A DNA stretch of 64,000 nt from Candidatus Oxydemutatoraceae bacterium. Lineage in GTDB: Bacteria > Pseudomonadota > Gammaproteobacteria > Poriferisulfidales > Oxydemutatoraceae. Position 1 is the stretch's first letter. Each line of letters begins with the position of its first letter. A model generated the notes under the pieces. It made no database searches. It had not been told where the DNA came from and worked only from the letters and a program-made list of their open reading frames with translations. This document shows positions 40,251-51,651 of the stretch, piece by piece. The DNA lies in the NCBI GenBank assembly GCA_965219575.1, contig OZ244779.1:2284769-2348768 (forward strand). Reading direction: 5' to 3'. The position numbers were made by a program, and so were the translations under genes.

Positions 40251-41473
40251 AAATCCAGCGATTCTAGTGCTGCAATATAACGCTGGGCAATATCCGTATA
40301 TCGGCTTAAATAATTTTTCGCCGCTACGGCATTGTTCTTGTAGTAATCGGGTTGTTTGACGACATTTTCAAAAATATCCGCTAAGGCTCGTACATCGTCT
40401 ACGATGATAAGCCCCCCCGTCTCGTTTAGTGCTTGCGCTTCTTCGACTATGTTATCCAGATAAAAACCGGTAACTTGAGGTGTGCCGAGTATCGCAGCTT
40501 CCAATATGTTGTGTCCGCCTTTATTAACCAACGACCCCCCTAAGAAAACCAAACGCGCGTGTTTAATCAGTTGCGGCAGTTGTCCTATGCGGTTGTATAA
40601 GATGATATCGCAGTCGCCGACCGCCCCGGCAGAATGATAATAATCGGCACGAATACGGTTGCCTTGCAAAGCATTTAATATTTTCTCCGCCCTTCGCGGA
40701 TGACGCGGCGCAATCACCAGCACGCAGTCCCTTTTCTCTATTCGCTGCCATACTGCGGCGATTTGTAGTTCTTCGTCGTCGTGCGTAGAGGCGGCAAGGA
40801 TATAAGGTCTGTTAATCAAATCCGGTAATTGTTCGTCAAAACTCGCCGCATATTTGAGGTTGCCCACGGTTTTAATTTTCCACGGCGGTGCGCCCGCTCG
40901 TATATAAGTTTCTCTATCGCGTTCGGATTTCGCATAGATCGCTTTTAAGGGCATCATGCTTTGCTCGTAATAGCGACGTACCCACACATTTGCATTCGCA
41001 GTACGCTCGGACAAGCGCGCATTGATAATCACGGTCGGAATACGAAGTTCGGCACAACGATGGAACAGGTTAAACCAGACTTCGGTCTCCATAATGAGTG
41101 CCGCTCGCGGCCGAAGTGTCTTCAAAAAATGTTTTACCGGGAAGATGTAATCCAAAGGCAGGTAGCAATGCTGCATTCGATGCCGGGCTTCGGACTCGAA
41201 TACTCGGGCGGAACTAATCGTAGTCGTCGTGACGAGTAGGCGATCTTCGGGATATTCGGCGAGCCACTGCTCGAGCAGAAGCAGTGCGGTGTTAAGCTCT
41301 CCGACCGAGGCGCAATGTACCCATAACGGTCGCTCGCGCAAAGCCGGTAGACACATGCCGAAACGTTGCAATATATAACGAAAGCTACGGTATCTAATCC
41401 CTACGATAACCGTATAAAGCAATAGTAGCGGAAAGATTGCCCACAATAAAAGCCGATAGGCTACGGCAATCAT
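40211..41473 (-). CDS. waaA: Kdo transferase
   Basis: WVHCASVGE, INARLS, ASTH, APRHPRR, GGHNILE. Confidence 0.95.
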   Translation of the reverse strand: MIAVAYRLLLWAIFPLLLLYTVIVGIRYRSFRYILQRFGMCLPALRERPLWVHCASVGELNTALLLLEQWLAEYPEDRLLVTTTTISSARVFESEARHRMQHCYLPLDYIFPVKHFLKTLRPRAALIMETEVWFNLFHRCAELRIPTVIINARLSERTANANVWVRRYYEQSMMPLKAIYAKSERDRETYIRAGAPPWKIKTVGNLKYAASFDEQLPDLINRPYILAASTHDDEELQIAAVWQRIEKRDCVLVIAPRHPRRAEKILNALQGNRIRADYYHSAGAVGDCDIILYNRIGQLPQLIKHARLVFLGGSLVNKGGHNILEAAILGTPQVTGFYLDNIVEEAQALNETGGLIIVDDVRALADIFENVVKQPDYYKNNAVAAKNYLSRYTDIAQRYIAALESLDFQPPPLMRGNTGE

Positions 41474-41500
41474 TCGGCTATGGTTTATTGCTTGCCGGCT

Positions 41501-42907
41501 TTAGCGCAACCATCGGTCGATTTGTTGTATATCCTCTGCGGACAGTACGCCTGCTACCTTTTTTAGACCAATCGTATCGATGATGTAGCGATGACGCGCC
41601 ATCATATAGTCGCGTTTCGCCGCAAATAAATCTTCTACCGCAAGTAGCACATCTACCGAAGAACGCGTGCCTACGCTAAATCCGATTTCATTCGCCTCGT
41701 AAGCACTTTGTGCCGAGTCGACAGCACGCCTCAACGCCTGGGTCCGGCTGATACTCGCCAGCACATTCAAATACGACTCTTGTGCTTGTTGTTTGATAGT
41801 GCGATGTGTCTCTTCCGTTTGCTTTTGGCTTTCTAACGCAAACTGCGAGGCTTGTTTCACCCTATAGTGGGTCTCACCGCCTGCAAACAGCGGGATTTGC
41901 AGTTCCAGTCCTAACTCGGTGCCCCGTGCCGTTCTTTCACTCGGTGCATTACTTCCCATAATTTCATTTTCGTTGCGACGAGCATACGCGCCCAATGTCG
42001 GAAAGTGGTCGGCACGCTGTCGCCTCACCTCGTCCTTGGCAATATTGGTGGTCAGCTTTTGGGCAAGTAGCTCCGGATTTTGCTCGCTTGAGGTCTTGAC
42101 CCAGGTGTCCATATTCTGCGGACTAGGATAAACGATCGGTGCGTCTTCGGATAAGACTCTCAGTGCAGAGATATTCTCGTCGACGATGATTTGCAATTTG
42201 GATAGATTTACCGATAATTCGGTCTCGTCGGATATTTCGTCGGCAATCGTGAGATCGAAGGAGGCTTCGGCCTCTTTGACATCGGTGATTGTCGCAAGCC
42301 CGACCTCGAAGCGGGCGCGCGCCTGCTCTAGTTGCCGTTCTACCGCTTCTTTCTGCGCACGTGTGAATTCCAGCTGGGTCTGCGAGTCCAATACCATAAA
42401 ATACGCTGCCGCAACACGCTCCAATAAATCGTGTTCTGCCAATCGCAATTCAAGCTCTGCGCGCTGCGCCCTAGAACGGGATTGGGCTAGTTCTACATAG
42501 TGCTTTTTGTTGAATATTGACTGTTCGAGCGACAGTGTCATGTTTCGCCTTTGATAACTATAATTAGCTTCCTCCATAGGATTTCCCGGGCTACGCTCGT
42601 CAAAACCACGAACCTTTTCATCGTTGATTTTCGTACGATTTGTCCGCAACGAAATTTGTGGTAATAACCGAGCACGGCTGATCGACGGCTCTAGAATATT
42701 CGCCTCATAATTAGCCAGACTTGCCTGATAACGCATGTCGTTTTTTGTTGCCATTCGATACAGTTCCGAGAGGCCGCGTTTTTCCGAGGCACGCACGTTT
42801 TCGAATTGAACAGTGTCTTGCGCATTGGCAACGGCGGTTAAAAATAAAATTGCAAAGAGTAAGCCGATTAAATATGCGAACGTTAAATTGTCGTTGTCTT
42901 CGTACAT
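41501..42907 (-). CDS. tolC: TolC-family outer membrane channel
   Basis: ARFEVGL, PLFAGG, VGTRSSVDVL; upstream of waaA. Confidence 0.92.
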   Translation of the reverse strand: MYEDNDNLTFAYLIGLLFAILFLTAVANAQDTVQFENVRASEKRGLSELYRMATKNDMRYQASLANYEANILEPSISRARLLPQISLRTNRTKINDEKVRGFDERSPGNPMEEANYSYQRRNMTLSLEQSIFNKKHYVELAQSRSRAQRAELELRLAEHDLLERVAAAYFMVLDSQTQLEFTRAQKEAVERQLEQARARFEVGLATITDVKEAEASFDLTIADEISDETELSVNLSKLQIIVDENISALRVLSEDAPIVYPSPQNMDTWVKTSSEQNPELLAQKLTTNIAKDEVRRQRADHFPTLGAYARRNENEIMGSNAPSERTARGTELGLELQIPLFAGGETHYRVKQASQFALESQKQTEETHRTIKQQAQESYLNVLASISRTQALRRAVDSAQSAYEANEIGFSVGTRSSVDVLLAVEDLFAAKRDYMMARHRYIIDTIGLKKVAGVLSAEDIQQIDRWLR

Positions 42908-42936
42908 CTGCTCCGTTCTATTTATAAGTTAATCTC

Positions 42937-43260
42937 TTATTCGTAAGTCGGCATGCTAGGGTCTATATCTTTAGCCCACGCATCGATGCCACCTTTGAGG
43001 TTGATTACTTTTTTGAATCCATGTTTCTCCATATACAATCCTGCCGCACGACTACGTATGCCGTGATGACAAATGACGACTATTTCGGCATCTCGATTTA
43101 ATTTACCTATCTGCTCCGGCAGCTCCGACATCGGTATCAACTCGGAATCGGGCAAATGCACGATATCGTATTCCCACTGCTCGCGTACATCTATCAATAC
43201 GGGCGGTTTATTTGCTTCGCCGATATAAGTTTTCAGTTCTTTAGGATATAGTTCGTTCAT
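42937..43260 (-). CDS. Rhodanese-like sulfurtransferase
   Basis: IDVREQWE, CHHGIRS, NLKGGIDAW. Confidence 0.92.
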   Translation of the reverse strand: MNELYPKELKTYIGEANKPPVLIDVREQWEYDIVHLPDSELIPMSELPEQIGKLNRDAEIVVICHHGIRSRAAGLYMEKHGFKKVINLKGGIDAWAKDIDPSMPTYE

Positions 43261-43332
43261 AAATTAAAAAGTATATTTTAACCATAAATTAATAAATCGA
43301 TACGATGTTTATTCAACCGCAGTGTAAGCCAC

Positions 43333-43454
43333 AAATAGAACCGCCGAGTGAAACCGCCGAGTGAACCGGTAGGTCAATCGGCGTCACGCTCTACAAAATA
43401 TAAACATGGGGCTGATGAAAAAGTATCCACGAACCGTAGGGGCGGACTAGCATG
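43333..43454. repeat. R3 hairpin with a 13-bp stutter, MITE left end (43408) and left half of the REP hit by IS110
   Basis: aaccgccgagtga x2; ggggctgatgaaaaagt; gtaggggcggactagcaTG. Confidence 0.8.
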
Positions 43455-43524
43455 ATGCCTTATTAAAAATCAAGTCATTTTATTCATTTTTTATCTCCGT
43501 TTTATATTTTTCCTGAGTATCGAT

Positions 43525-44526
43525 TTAGGACGCAGATGCGCAACAATAATTCGGGTCAAACGGCTTCCTGTATCTGAGTATCCCGTAAATAATACGTGCC
43601 AGCTTATGGGCGCAAGCAACAATAATCTGCTTTTTAGTTAACTCCGGACGCCGCCGACTTAATTGGTCGGCAAAGGCACGGATGATTGGGTTATGAACCC
43701 GTGCCGAGAGTGCCGCCATAAACAGCAGGGTGCGCAGTTCGGCATCGCCCATTTTAGAGATATGCGCCTTCGCCTCGTAGTTGCCGGACTGCCGGTGCCT
43801 TGGGTTGAGACCGACATAGACTGCGAATTGCTCTGCGTTATCAAATGTCTTATCATTGAAAACAGCACACAGGGCAATCGCTGTCTGAGTGCCGATGCCG
43901 GTAATGGAACACAGCAACTGCTCAAGCTCTGCGAGTTGCTCGTCTTGAGCGATAATTTGCTCCATTTCGGCATCCTGCTTAGCAATCTGTTTGTCAAAGT
44001 ATCTCAGGTTCTCAGCTGCTCGTTTTTTTTGCCTTGCATCGCATAAGGTTTTCATACAATTACTTAACCCGGTATGATCTTTGACTAATTGCCTGCGCAC
44101 TTTTCGTGCATCTCTCAAGGCGAGTGCAGTCGGCGACGGCATTTGCCAATCTTTACCGTCAACAGCGAATGCGAACAGTGCGATGAGCCGCGCATCATCG
44201 CGATCGGTTTTATTGTGCATACCAAGCGATTGGCGGAAGCTGGCAACCTGCGCCGGTTTGACAATCCTAATCGGATGTTGCGCCAGATAGCCGGCTTTGC
44301 ACAGGGCGAACTCAAAACCGCCGGTGGCTTCAACACAGATGCGACAGTGCGGTGCGCAGTGTTTGCTAGCCCAAGCTAACAGCTGCTTAATGCCTTTAGC
44401 ATCATTGCTAAATTGTGCCTCGGCAAAACTATTATCGGTGAATAATAGAGCGGCCTCTAAAGTGTCTTTAGAGACATCCACGCCGATTATGGCAGGGTGT
44501 TTGTTTTCCATAATAATATCCTCCAT
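43525..44526 (-). CDS. IS110 DEDD recombinase/transposase
   Basis: IIGVDVSK, CVEATG, KTDRDDA (DEDD); GIG..TA; RQSG serine motif; CAHKLARI. Confidence 0.96.
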   Translation of the reverse strand: MEDIIMENKHPAIIGVDVSKDTLEAALLFTDNSFAEAQFSNDAKGIKQLLAWASKHCAPHCRICVEATGGFEFALCKAGYLAQHPIRIVKPAQVASFRQSLGMHNKTDRDDARLIALFAFAVDGKDWQMPSPTALALRDARKVRRQLVKDHTGLSNCMKTLCDARQKKRAAENLRYFDKQIAKQDAEMEQIIAQDEQLAELEQLLCSITGIGTQTAIALCAVFNDKTFDNAEQFAVYVGLNPRHRQSGNYEAKAHISKMGDAELRTLLFMAALSARVHNPIIRAFADQLSRRRPELTKKQIIVACAHKLARIIYGILRYRKPFDPNYCCASAS

Positions 44527-44569
44527 TATGGTTGTTCAGTGAATAAAATACTCGGTAGCCAGTTCAGGA

Positions 44570-44765
44570 AAGTATGACTACGCCGCCCACACAGGTAAAT
44601 ACGAGATCTAAAGTCTCAAGCTGCCTTCCGAGCTCTATAGTCATAGCGCCGGAGGAGTGCTTTTCATGCTAACAGGCTTTAATGCCTCGTCCGTCCTGCG
44701 GCGTGTCTCCTCCGACTTCCTAGGTACTGCAACTACCTAAGCATTTATCTTATATAAATAAGCTA
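44570..44765 (-). ncRNA. Predicted IS110 bridge RNA
   Basis: 5' hairpin 44721..44739; target loop closed by ggaggag/ctcctcc with guides at 44688..44696 and 44665..44671; donor loop closed by tatgacta/tagtcata with guides at 44619..44627 and 44592..44597; RNA ends approximate. Confidence 0.85.
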
Positions 44766-44781
44766 GGGTTTAATATACCTG

Positions 44782-44870
44782 TCCGCCCGTAGCGCGTTGG
44801 TCGGCACGATTTATACATTCATTCATCCAATTTATGGAAACCAAAACCATACGGCGCAAGCGGTTGGGTT
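44782..44870. repeat. Right half of the interrupted REP and MITE spacer; no right TIR visible
   Basis: tccgcccgt...tttatacattcattcatccaatttatggaaacc...ggcgcaagcggtt. Confidence 0.8.
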
Positions 44871-44925
44871 TGCCCTCATAGATTGAAATGTTTAAGCCTA
44901 TATCTTGCACATAAACCGGCATTAG

Positions 44926-46797
<1,872 letters not shown>

Positions 46798-46800
46798 AAT

Positions 46801-47042
46801 CGCCGATTGGGCCGGTAGGTCAATCGGCATGACAGTGTATAGAATAGTGCAGATACGACGGGACTGTTGAAAAAGTATTTCATACAATGTAGGGGCGGGC
46901 GGACATGTAAGTCCGCCCCTACGGCTTGGTGGTTATTATAAATTCACGGCGCAAGCGGTTGGTGTTGTGCGATGTCCGCACTTTTTCAACAGCCCTACGC
47001 CACAACCACCCCGTCAGGCTTCGCTCTCCACAGGAGGGGAAT
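46801..47042. repeat. R3 hairpin, short MITE (46860..46996) with REP, and shortened R2
   Basis: gccgattgg..tcaatcggc; gggactgttgaaaaagt ... ctttttcaacagccc; aaccaccccgtcaggct...aggaggggaat. Confidence 0.8.
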
Positions 47043-47046
47043 GTAT

Positions 47047-48951
47047 ATGAAACTAATTTATAAAACCATACTGCTTGCCGTTTCGGTATTCATGATACCG
47101 GTGGCAGCCGATGAAATACCGACCGAGGTGATGGTTGTCACCGCGAAAAGATTGCCTACCGACACCGACCGCCTGAGCGGTAGCGTGAGTGTGATTACTG
47201 CCGAACAGATAGAACGCCGACAATATCAAGTACTCGGCGATGCCCTGCGCGATATTCCCGGTTTATCGGCACCTCCGTTGGGCGGTGTGGGCGCGCAAAC
47301 TTCGGTCTTTATACGCGGTACCGAATCCGACCATGTTCTAATCCTGATAGACGGTGTAGAAGTCACCGACCCTGCGGCAGGCAATCGCTACGAGTTCTCG
47401 CAGCTTTCGCTGAACGGCGTGGCACGCATAGAAGTACTACGCGGTAATTACAGTGCCGAATACGGTTCCGAAGCACTCGGCGGCATCATCAATATCATCA
47501 CCCGAACACCGACGCAGAACGACATCTACGCTCAAGTCGAAGCAGGTTCTTTTGATAGACATTCTGCAACGATCGATATAGATGCGGTTTATAAATCATT
47601 GGATTTTTCATTGAGCGGCAGATATTTCGAGACCGACGGGGAAAGTTTTCTGGCCGACCGCCTACGACTGCGCGATGTCTGTGCAATTCAAGACGAAGAG
47701 CGCGACGGCTATAGAAACAGCAATGTCAAAATCAACGCAGGCTTATTGCTAATCCCCGAAACCGATACCAAGCTGACGATAAAATCGGAATATAGTCAAG
47801 CCGACTTGGAATATGACCGTGACTTTGTGGACCCTGACTTTCCTTTCTGCGAAGATCCAAAAACCGAACAATCGTCCTATACGAAACGGACGACATTCGC
47901 GCTTTCGGGAAATTATTTTGACGGGATATGGAGTCCGACATGGCGCATGGATTATTATCAACGCGATAGCCGCGACACGGCAAGCCCCCAAAATAAAGGC
48001 GAGCGTTTCAAACTTAACTGGCACAATGTGTGGCAACCGCGCCCGAACTTGGATATGGCATTCGGCGTAGAAACCGAACTGGAACAAGCGCACACCGACG
48101 AAGACTTTGACGCAAGCGCACGCACCAACGCATTCTATACCGAACTGCGCTACACGCCGACACCCGATTGGCATTTGAATGTGGGCTGGCGCAACGACGA
48201 CTCCGACGACTTCGCTAGCGAGCGTAGCTATCAATTAGGCACGGTACTACATGCAAACCTGAATACACGACTACACCTCAATTACGCGACCGCCTTTAGA
48301 TCACCTTCGTTGATAGATCGTTTTGGAGGTTACTCGGGTTTTTCGGCAAACCCGAACTTAAAACCCGAAACCAGCCGCAGCTGGGAAGCGGGTATAGAAC
48401 AAAACTGGCTACGATGGCGATATGGTTTCACTTATTTCAACACCGAAATCAATGATTTAATCGATCTTCATATCAGGACTGTTTTTGACCCGGATCGCAG
48501 ATTTATATTCATACCCATTAATATAAATCAAGCACATATAGACGGATTAGAGAGCTTTATCGCGTTTCGAGCGGACGAAACGCTTGCCGCGCGGCTGGAT
48601 TACACCCAAACCAGTGCCTACGATCAATCTAATCGAAGACTACTTAGAAGACCGTTGCGCCAAGCTGTTTTATCTGTAGACTACGACCCCGACGAGGGCA
48701 TGCTGTCGGGTTGGTCTTTCGATATGACCTTGAACTACAGGGGACCGCAACGCGATGGGGAAAGAATAAATTTCCCAAATACTATAAACAAAGGCGGTTA
48801 TACCCTCGCCAACTTGAATCTAAACTATACGATCAACGATCGCCTGAAACTCTACGGCGGCATCAACAACCTATTCGATAAATCGCACGAACCTGCAGAC
48901 GGCTACCGAGGCACCGGCATTAACGCACATATCGGGTTATCACTAAGATAA
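47047..48951 (+). CDS. TonB-dependent receptor, BtuB-like
   Basis: Signal peptide MKLIYK..., TonB box EVMVVTAKR, plug FIRGTESDHVLILIDGV and RIEVLRG...GGIINIIT. Confidence 0.88.
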   Translation: MKLIYKTILLAVSVFMIPVAADEIPTEVMVVTAKRLPTDTDRLSGSVSVITAEQIERRQYQVLGDALRDIPGLSAPPLGGVGAQTSVFIRGTESDHVLILIDGVEVTDPAAGNRYEFSQLSLNGVARIEVLRGNYSAEYGSEALGGIINIITRTPTQNDIYAQVEAGSFDRHSATIDIDAVYKSLDFSLSGRYFETDGESFLADRLRLRDVCAIQDEERDGYRNSNVKINAGLLLIPETDTKLTIKSEYSQADLEYDRDFVDPDFPFCEDPKTEQSSYTKRTTFALSGNYFDGIWSPTWRMDYYQRDSRDTASPQNKGERFKLNWHNVWQPRPNLDMAFGVETELEQAHTDEDFDASARTNAFYTELRYTPTPDWHLNVGWRNDDSDDFASERSYQLGTVLHANLNTRLHLNYATAFRSPSLIDRFGGYSGFSANPNLKPETSRSWEAGIEQNWLRWRYGFTYFNTEINDLIDLHIRTVFDPDRRFIFIPININQAHIDGLESFIAFRADETLAARLDYTQTSAYDQSNRRLLRRPLRQAVLSVDYDPDEGMLSGWSFDMTLNYRGPQRDGERINFPNTINKGGYTLANLNLNYTINDRLKLYGGINNLFDKSHEPADGYRGTGINAHIGLSLR

Positions 48952-49052
48952 CGACGCAAACCACCGTTAGGAGCAAGCGACAATCTACTATGTTATAATC
49001 AGCATCATAGCTTAAATGATATAAATACCTTGATTAACATTTTATAAACGAT

Positions 49053-49538
49053 ATGAAAGACAGTGAATTTATAAATTATTTTATGGTTGTGTTAGGTGTG
49101 CTGATTGCGATTACCGTAATCCTACTGGTGCTGGCTAACAACTTAGCCGCTCGCCAAGAAATAATGGATGTTGCAATGCTCAAGAGTACTAAAGAGCGCA
49201 TCGCACCTATAGGCCAAGTCAATATAGGAAATGTTCCCGCACCGAAGGCATCCGCGACCGATGCCGGAGGCGAAGCCACGGCGGTTGCTTTTAGTCCCGA
49301 AGGCGTTTATCAATCGGTATGTCATACCTGCCACGGCACGGGTGTGCTGGAGTCGCCGCGTATAGACGACACTGCCGAATGGAAGAAGCGCTTAGCGGAA
49401 GGCTTGGACACCGTCTACCAGAAAGCGATACAAGGGGTCGGCAACATGCCGGCTAAAGGTGGACGCACCGATCTCTCGGATCAAAACTTCAAAAAAATTG
49501 TAGATTACATGCTAAAGCAATCCGGTGCCTCTTCCTAA
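49053..49538 (+). CDS. Cytochrome c5 family protein
   Basis: N-terminal TM, RIAPIGQV, CHTCH, MPAKGG. Confidence 0.92.
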   Translation: MKDSEFINYFMVVLGVLIAITVILLVLANNLAARQEIMDVAMLKSTKERIAPIGQVNIGNVPAPKASATDAGGEATAVAFSPEGVYQSVCHTCHGTGVLESPRIDDTAEWKKRLAEGLDTVYQKAIQGVGNMPAKGGRTDLSDQNFKKIVDYMLKQSGASS

Positions 49539-49618
49539 ACATTGAAAAGCAAGGAAATATAAACAGAGATATCACAACCATAAATATCAATAAGAAAGAA
49601 CAAAAGAAGGTCGGGTAG

Positions 49619-50782
49619 ATGCTAAGCGATAAGTATAGAAACCTTCAATTAAAGATTAATTTCGAATCGTTTCTGAGTAAACATCTTGACAGTGGCATCG
49701 ACACATTAAACTCCGTTTTCCGACCGGATGATTTTTTTGTTTCTCGAAACAACGAAGGGCTGGATATTTGGCTACGAGAAATTAATTTATCCTCTCTAGA
49801 ATGTCTTTTGACATCTCAAAAATCGGAACAAACAAAAGAGCTATTCAAATTAATTTATGATGAAATATCAAAAATTCGAAGTTATGGAATCAAAGGAAAC
49901 AAAAGATTATATGTTGGTTACAATAAGGAACGTAAGGTCTTTCAAAGAAAAAACAAAGAGATCCGCAGAGGGAAGCATTATTATGCAAACGACAATACAT
50001 TTGAAATACACTCAAATCAACTTCCGACCGAATACGAGAATCAAATCATTTGTGGGGATAGCCATGAAATCCTCAAAAAACTGCCCGACAGTTGTATTGA
50101 CTTAGTATTTACCTCACCGCCCTATAATTTTGGATTAGACTACGAAACTTCGGATGATGCGATCGACTGGGATGGGTATTTTAATAAACTATTTGTAATC
50201 CTCGACGAATGCATACGAGTATTGAAATACGGCGGCAGATTAGTTATAAATGTGCAACCGTTATTCTCCGATTACATACCGAGCCATCACATAATCTCAA
50301 CCCATTTGATGAATCGGAAAATGATTTGGAAAGGTGAGATTTTATGGGAAAAAAACAATTACAACTGCAAATATACCGCATGGGGTAGTTGGAAGAGCCC
50401 TTCAAGTCCGTATCTGAAATACACCTGGGAGTTCGTCGAAGTATTCTGCAAAGGAAGTCTGAAAAAAACCGGCAAGTCCTCCGATGCCGATATAGACACG
50501 GATTCATTCAAGGAATGGGTTGTCGCAAAATGGTCCATCGCGCCTGAGCGTAATATGAGGAAATTTCAACATCCTGCTATGTATCCGGTTGAACTTGCAA
50601 GAAGAGTGATTCTGCTTTTTAGTTTTCGAAACGATATTGTTTTAGATCCATTCAATGGTGCCGGAACGACCTGTGTGGCAGCAAATGCCCACAACAGAAC
50701 CTATTTAGGCATTGATGTATCCCAAAAATACTGCGACATGTCAAAATCTCGATTATCAAGGCAAAATCCGCTGTTAATTTAA
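49619..50782 (+). CDS. Beta-class amino-methyltransferase (probably N4-cytosine) with N-terminal extension
   Basis: FTSPPY, HPAMYP, LDPFNGAGTT. Confidence 0.9.
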   Translation: MLSDKYRNLQLKINFESFLSKHLDSGIDTLNSVFRPDDFFVSRNNEGLDIWLREINLSSLECLLTSQKSEQTKELFKLIYDEISKIRSYGIKGNKRLYVGYNKERKVFQRKNKEIRRGKHYYANDNTFEIHSNQLPTEYENQIICGDSHEILKKLPDSCIDLVFTSPPYNFGLDYETSDDAIDWDGYFNKLFVILDECIRVLKYGGRLVINVQPLFSDYIPSHHIISTHLMNRKMIWKGEILWEKNNYNCKYTAWGSWKSPSSPYLKYTWEFVEVFCKGSLKKTGKSSDADIDTDSFKEWVVAKWSIAPERNMRKFQHPAMYPVELARRVILLFSFRNDIVLDPFNGAGTTCVAANAHNRTYLGIDVSQKYCDMSKSRLSRQNPLLI

Positions 50783-50793
50783 TTGACATATTA

Positions 50794-51546
50794 ATGTCGA
50801 AAAAAACATCTCTCATAGAATCTGATCCAATTCCAAGTCGTCTTCAAATTATTCAGAAATACAACTCGTTTATCGAGACAATCGATGAGAGAGCGTCTTC
50901 TGATAATCAATCAAGAGCATATGGAGGTTTGATTCGTTCAGAGAAAGGAAAACTTTTGGAATACATTGTTAGACAGCTTATTAGAATCGCATGGCATGAA
51001 CTTGACCAAGAAAAAAATAGACTGTCAATTCATAAAGTGAAGACATACAAAATGCGAGTGAAGCCTGAATATGTTCAACAACTAGAAGATCTGGAAGTTA
51101 AGAATTATATTCTCAGCAATATAAAGGAGTACTCCTACCGTGCGCATGTAGATGTCCATGTATTTGTCGACGACAAATTCATTTTAGGAATTGAATGCAA
51201 GTCTTACACTGAAAATGCTATGCTTAAGCGAATATTGGTAGATTTCATGCTATTAAAGCAAATTCATCCTAATCTTAACTGCTGCCTAATTCAACTGGAA
51301 AGTCAGCTGGGAGGCGATTACTCGAGTCCCAAGTCATTGGTTCAATACGGAAGTCCTACCACACATACATTAATGTCATTTTTTGAAAATGTCCACCTCC
51401 ACATCATTACGATCCTTGAAGGAGAAAGAAACATCAATAAACCAATTCATAAAAAGGAATATATAAAAAGGCTTGATAACGATCTTCTCAATCAAGCAAT
51501 CGAAAAACTAAAACAGCTGTTAAAAGATAATATTAGAGACCAGTAA
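50794..51546 (+). CDS. Type II restriction endonuclease, DdeI-like
   Basis: RAYGG..R..KGK, VD.HVF....F.LGIECK.YTENAMLKRILVDF, QLESQLGGDYS; recalled similarity to R.DdeI. Confidence 0.8.
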   Translation: MSKKTSLIESDPIPSRLQIIQKYNSFIETIDERASSDNQSRAYGGLIRSEKGKLLEYIVRQLIRIAWHELDQEKNRLSIHKVKTYKMRVKPEYVQQLEDLEVKNYILSNIKEYSYRAHVDVHVFVDDKFILGIECKSYTENAMLKRILVDFMLLKQIHPNLNCCLIQLESQLGGDYSSPKSLVQYGSPTTHTLMSFFENVHLHIITILEGERNINKPIHKKEYIKRLDNDLLNQAIEKLKQLLKDNIRDQ

Positions 51547-51651
51547 CCAGTTTGCCAAAATCTGCTTTGCCGACTTCATTAAAACTGTTGCAGGTTTATT
51601 TAAGCGAAGTGCCGTATCAATCTTTTTTATAATTCCCCCAAAAATACACGC

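Larger units (their letters stand above)
43455..44781 (-). mobile_element. IS110-family element inserted into a GTAG REP loop, core dinucleotide CA (TG on +)
   Basis: Removing 43455..44781 restores gtaggggcggactagcatgtccgcccgt, the reverse complement of the intact REP at 1391..1418; TG on both sides; no TIRs. Confidence 0.95.

Noticed and set aside
46972-47046. N-terminal extension of the TonB receptor ORF
   Set aside because: It is read through repeat DNA; the signal peptide begins at 47047
49542-49553. ttgaaaagcaag shared with bases 2..13, at the edge of the second RM cassette
   Set aside because: Only 12 bp of A-rich sequence with no partner at the other end of the cassette; compatible with chance
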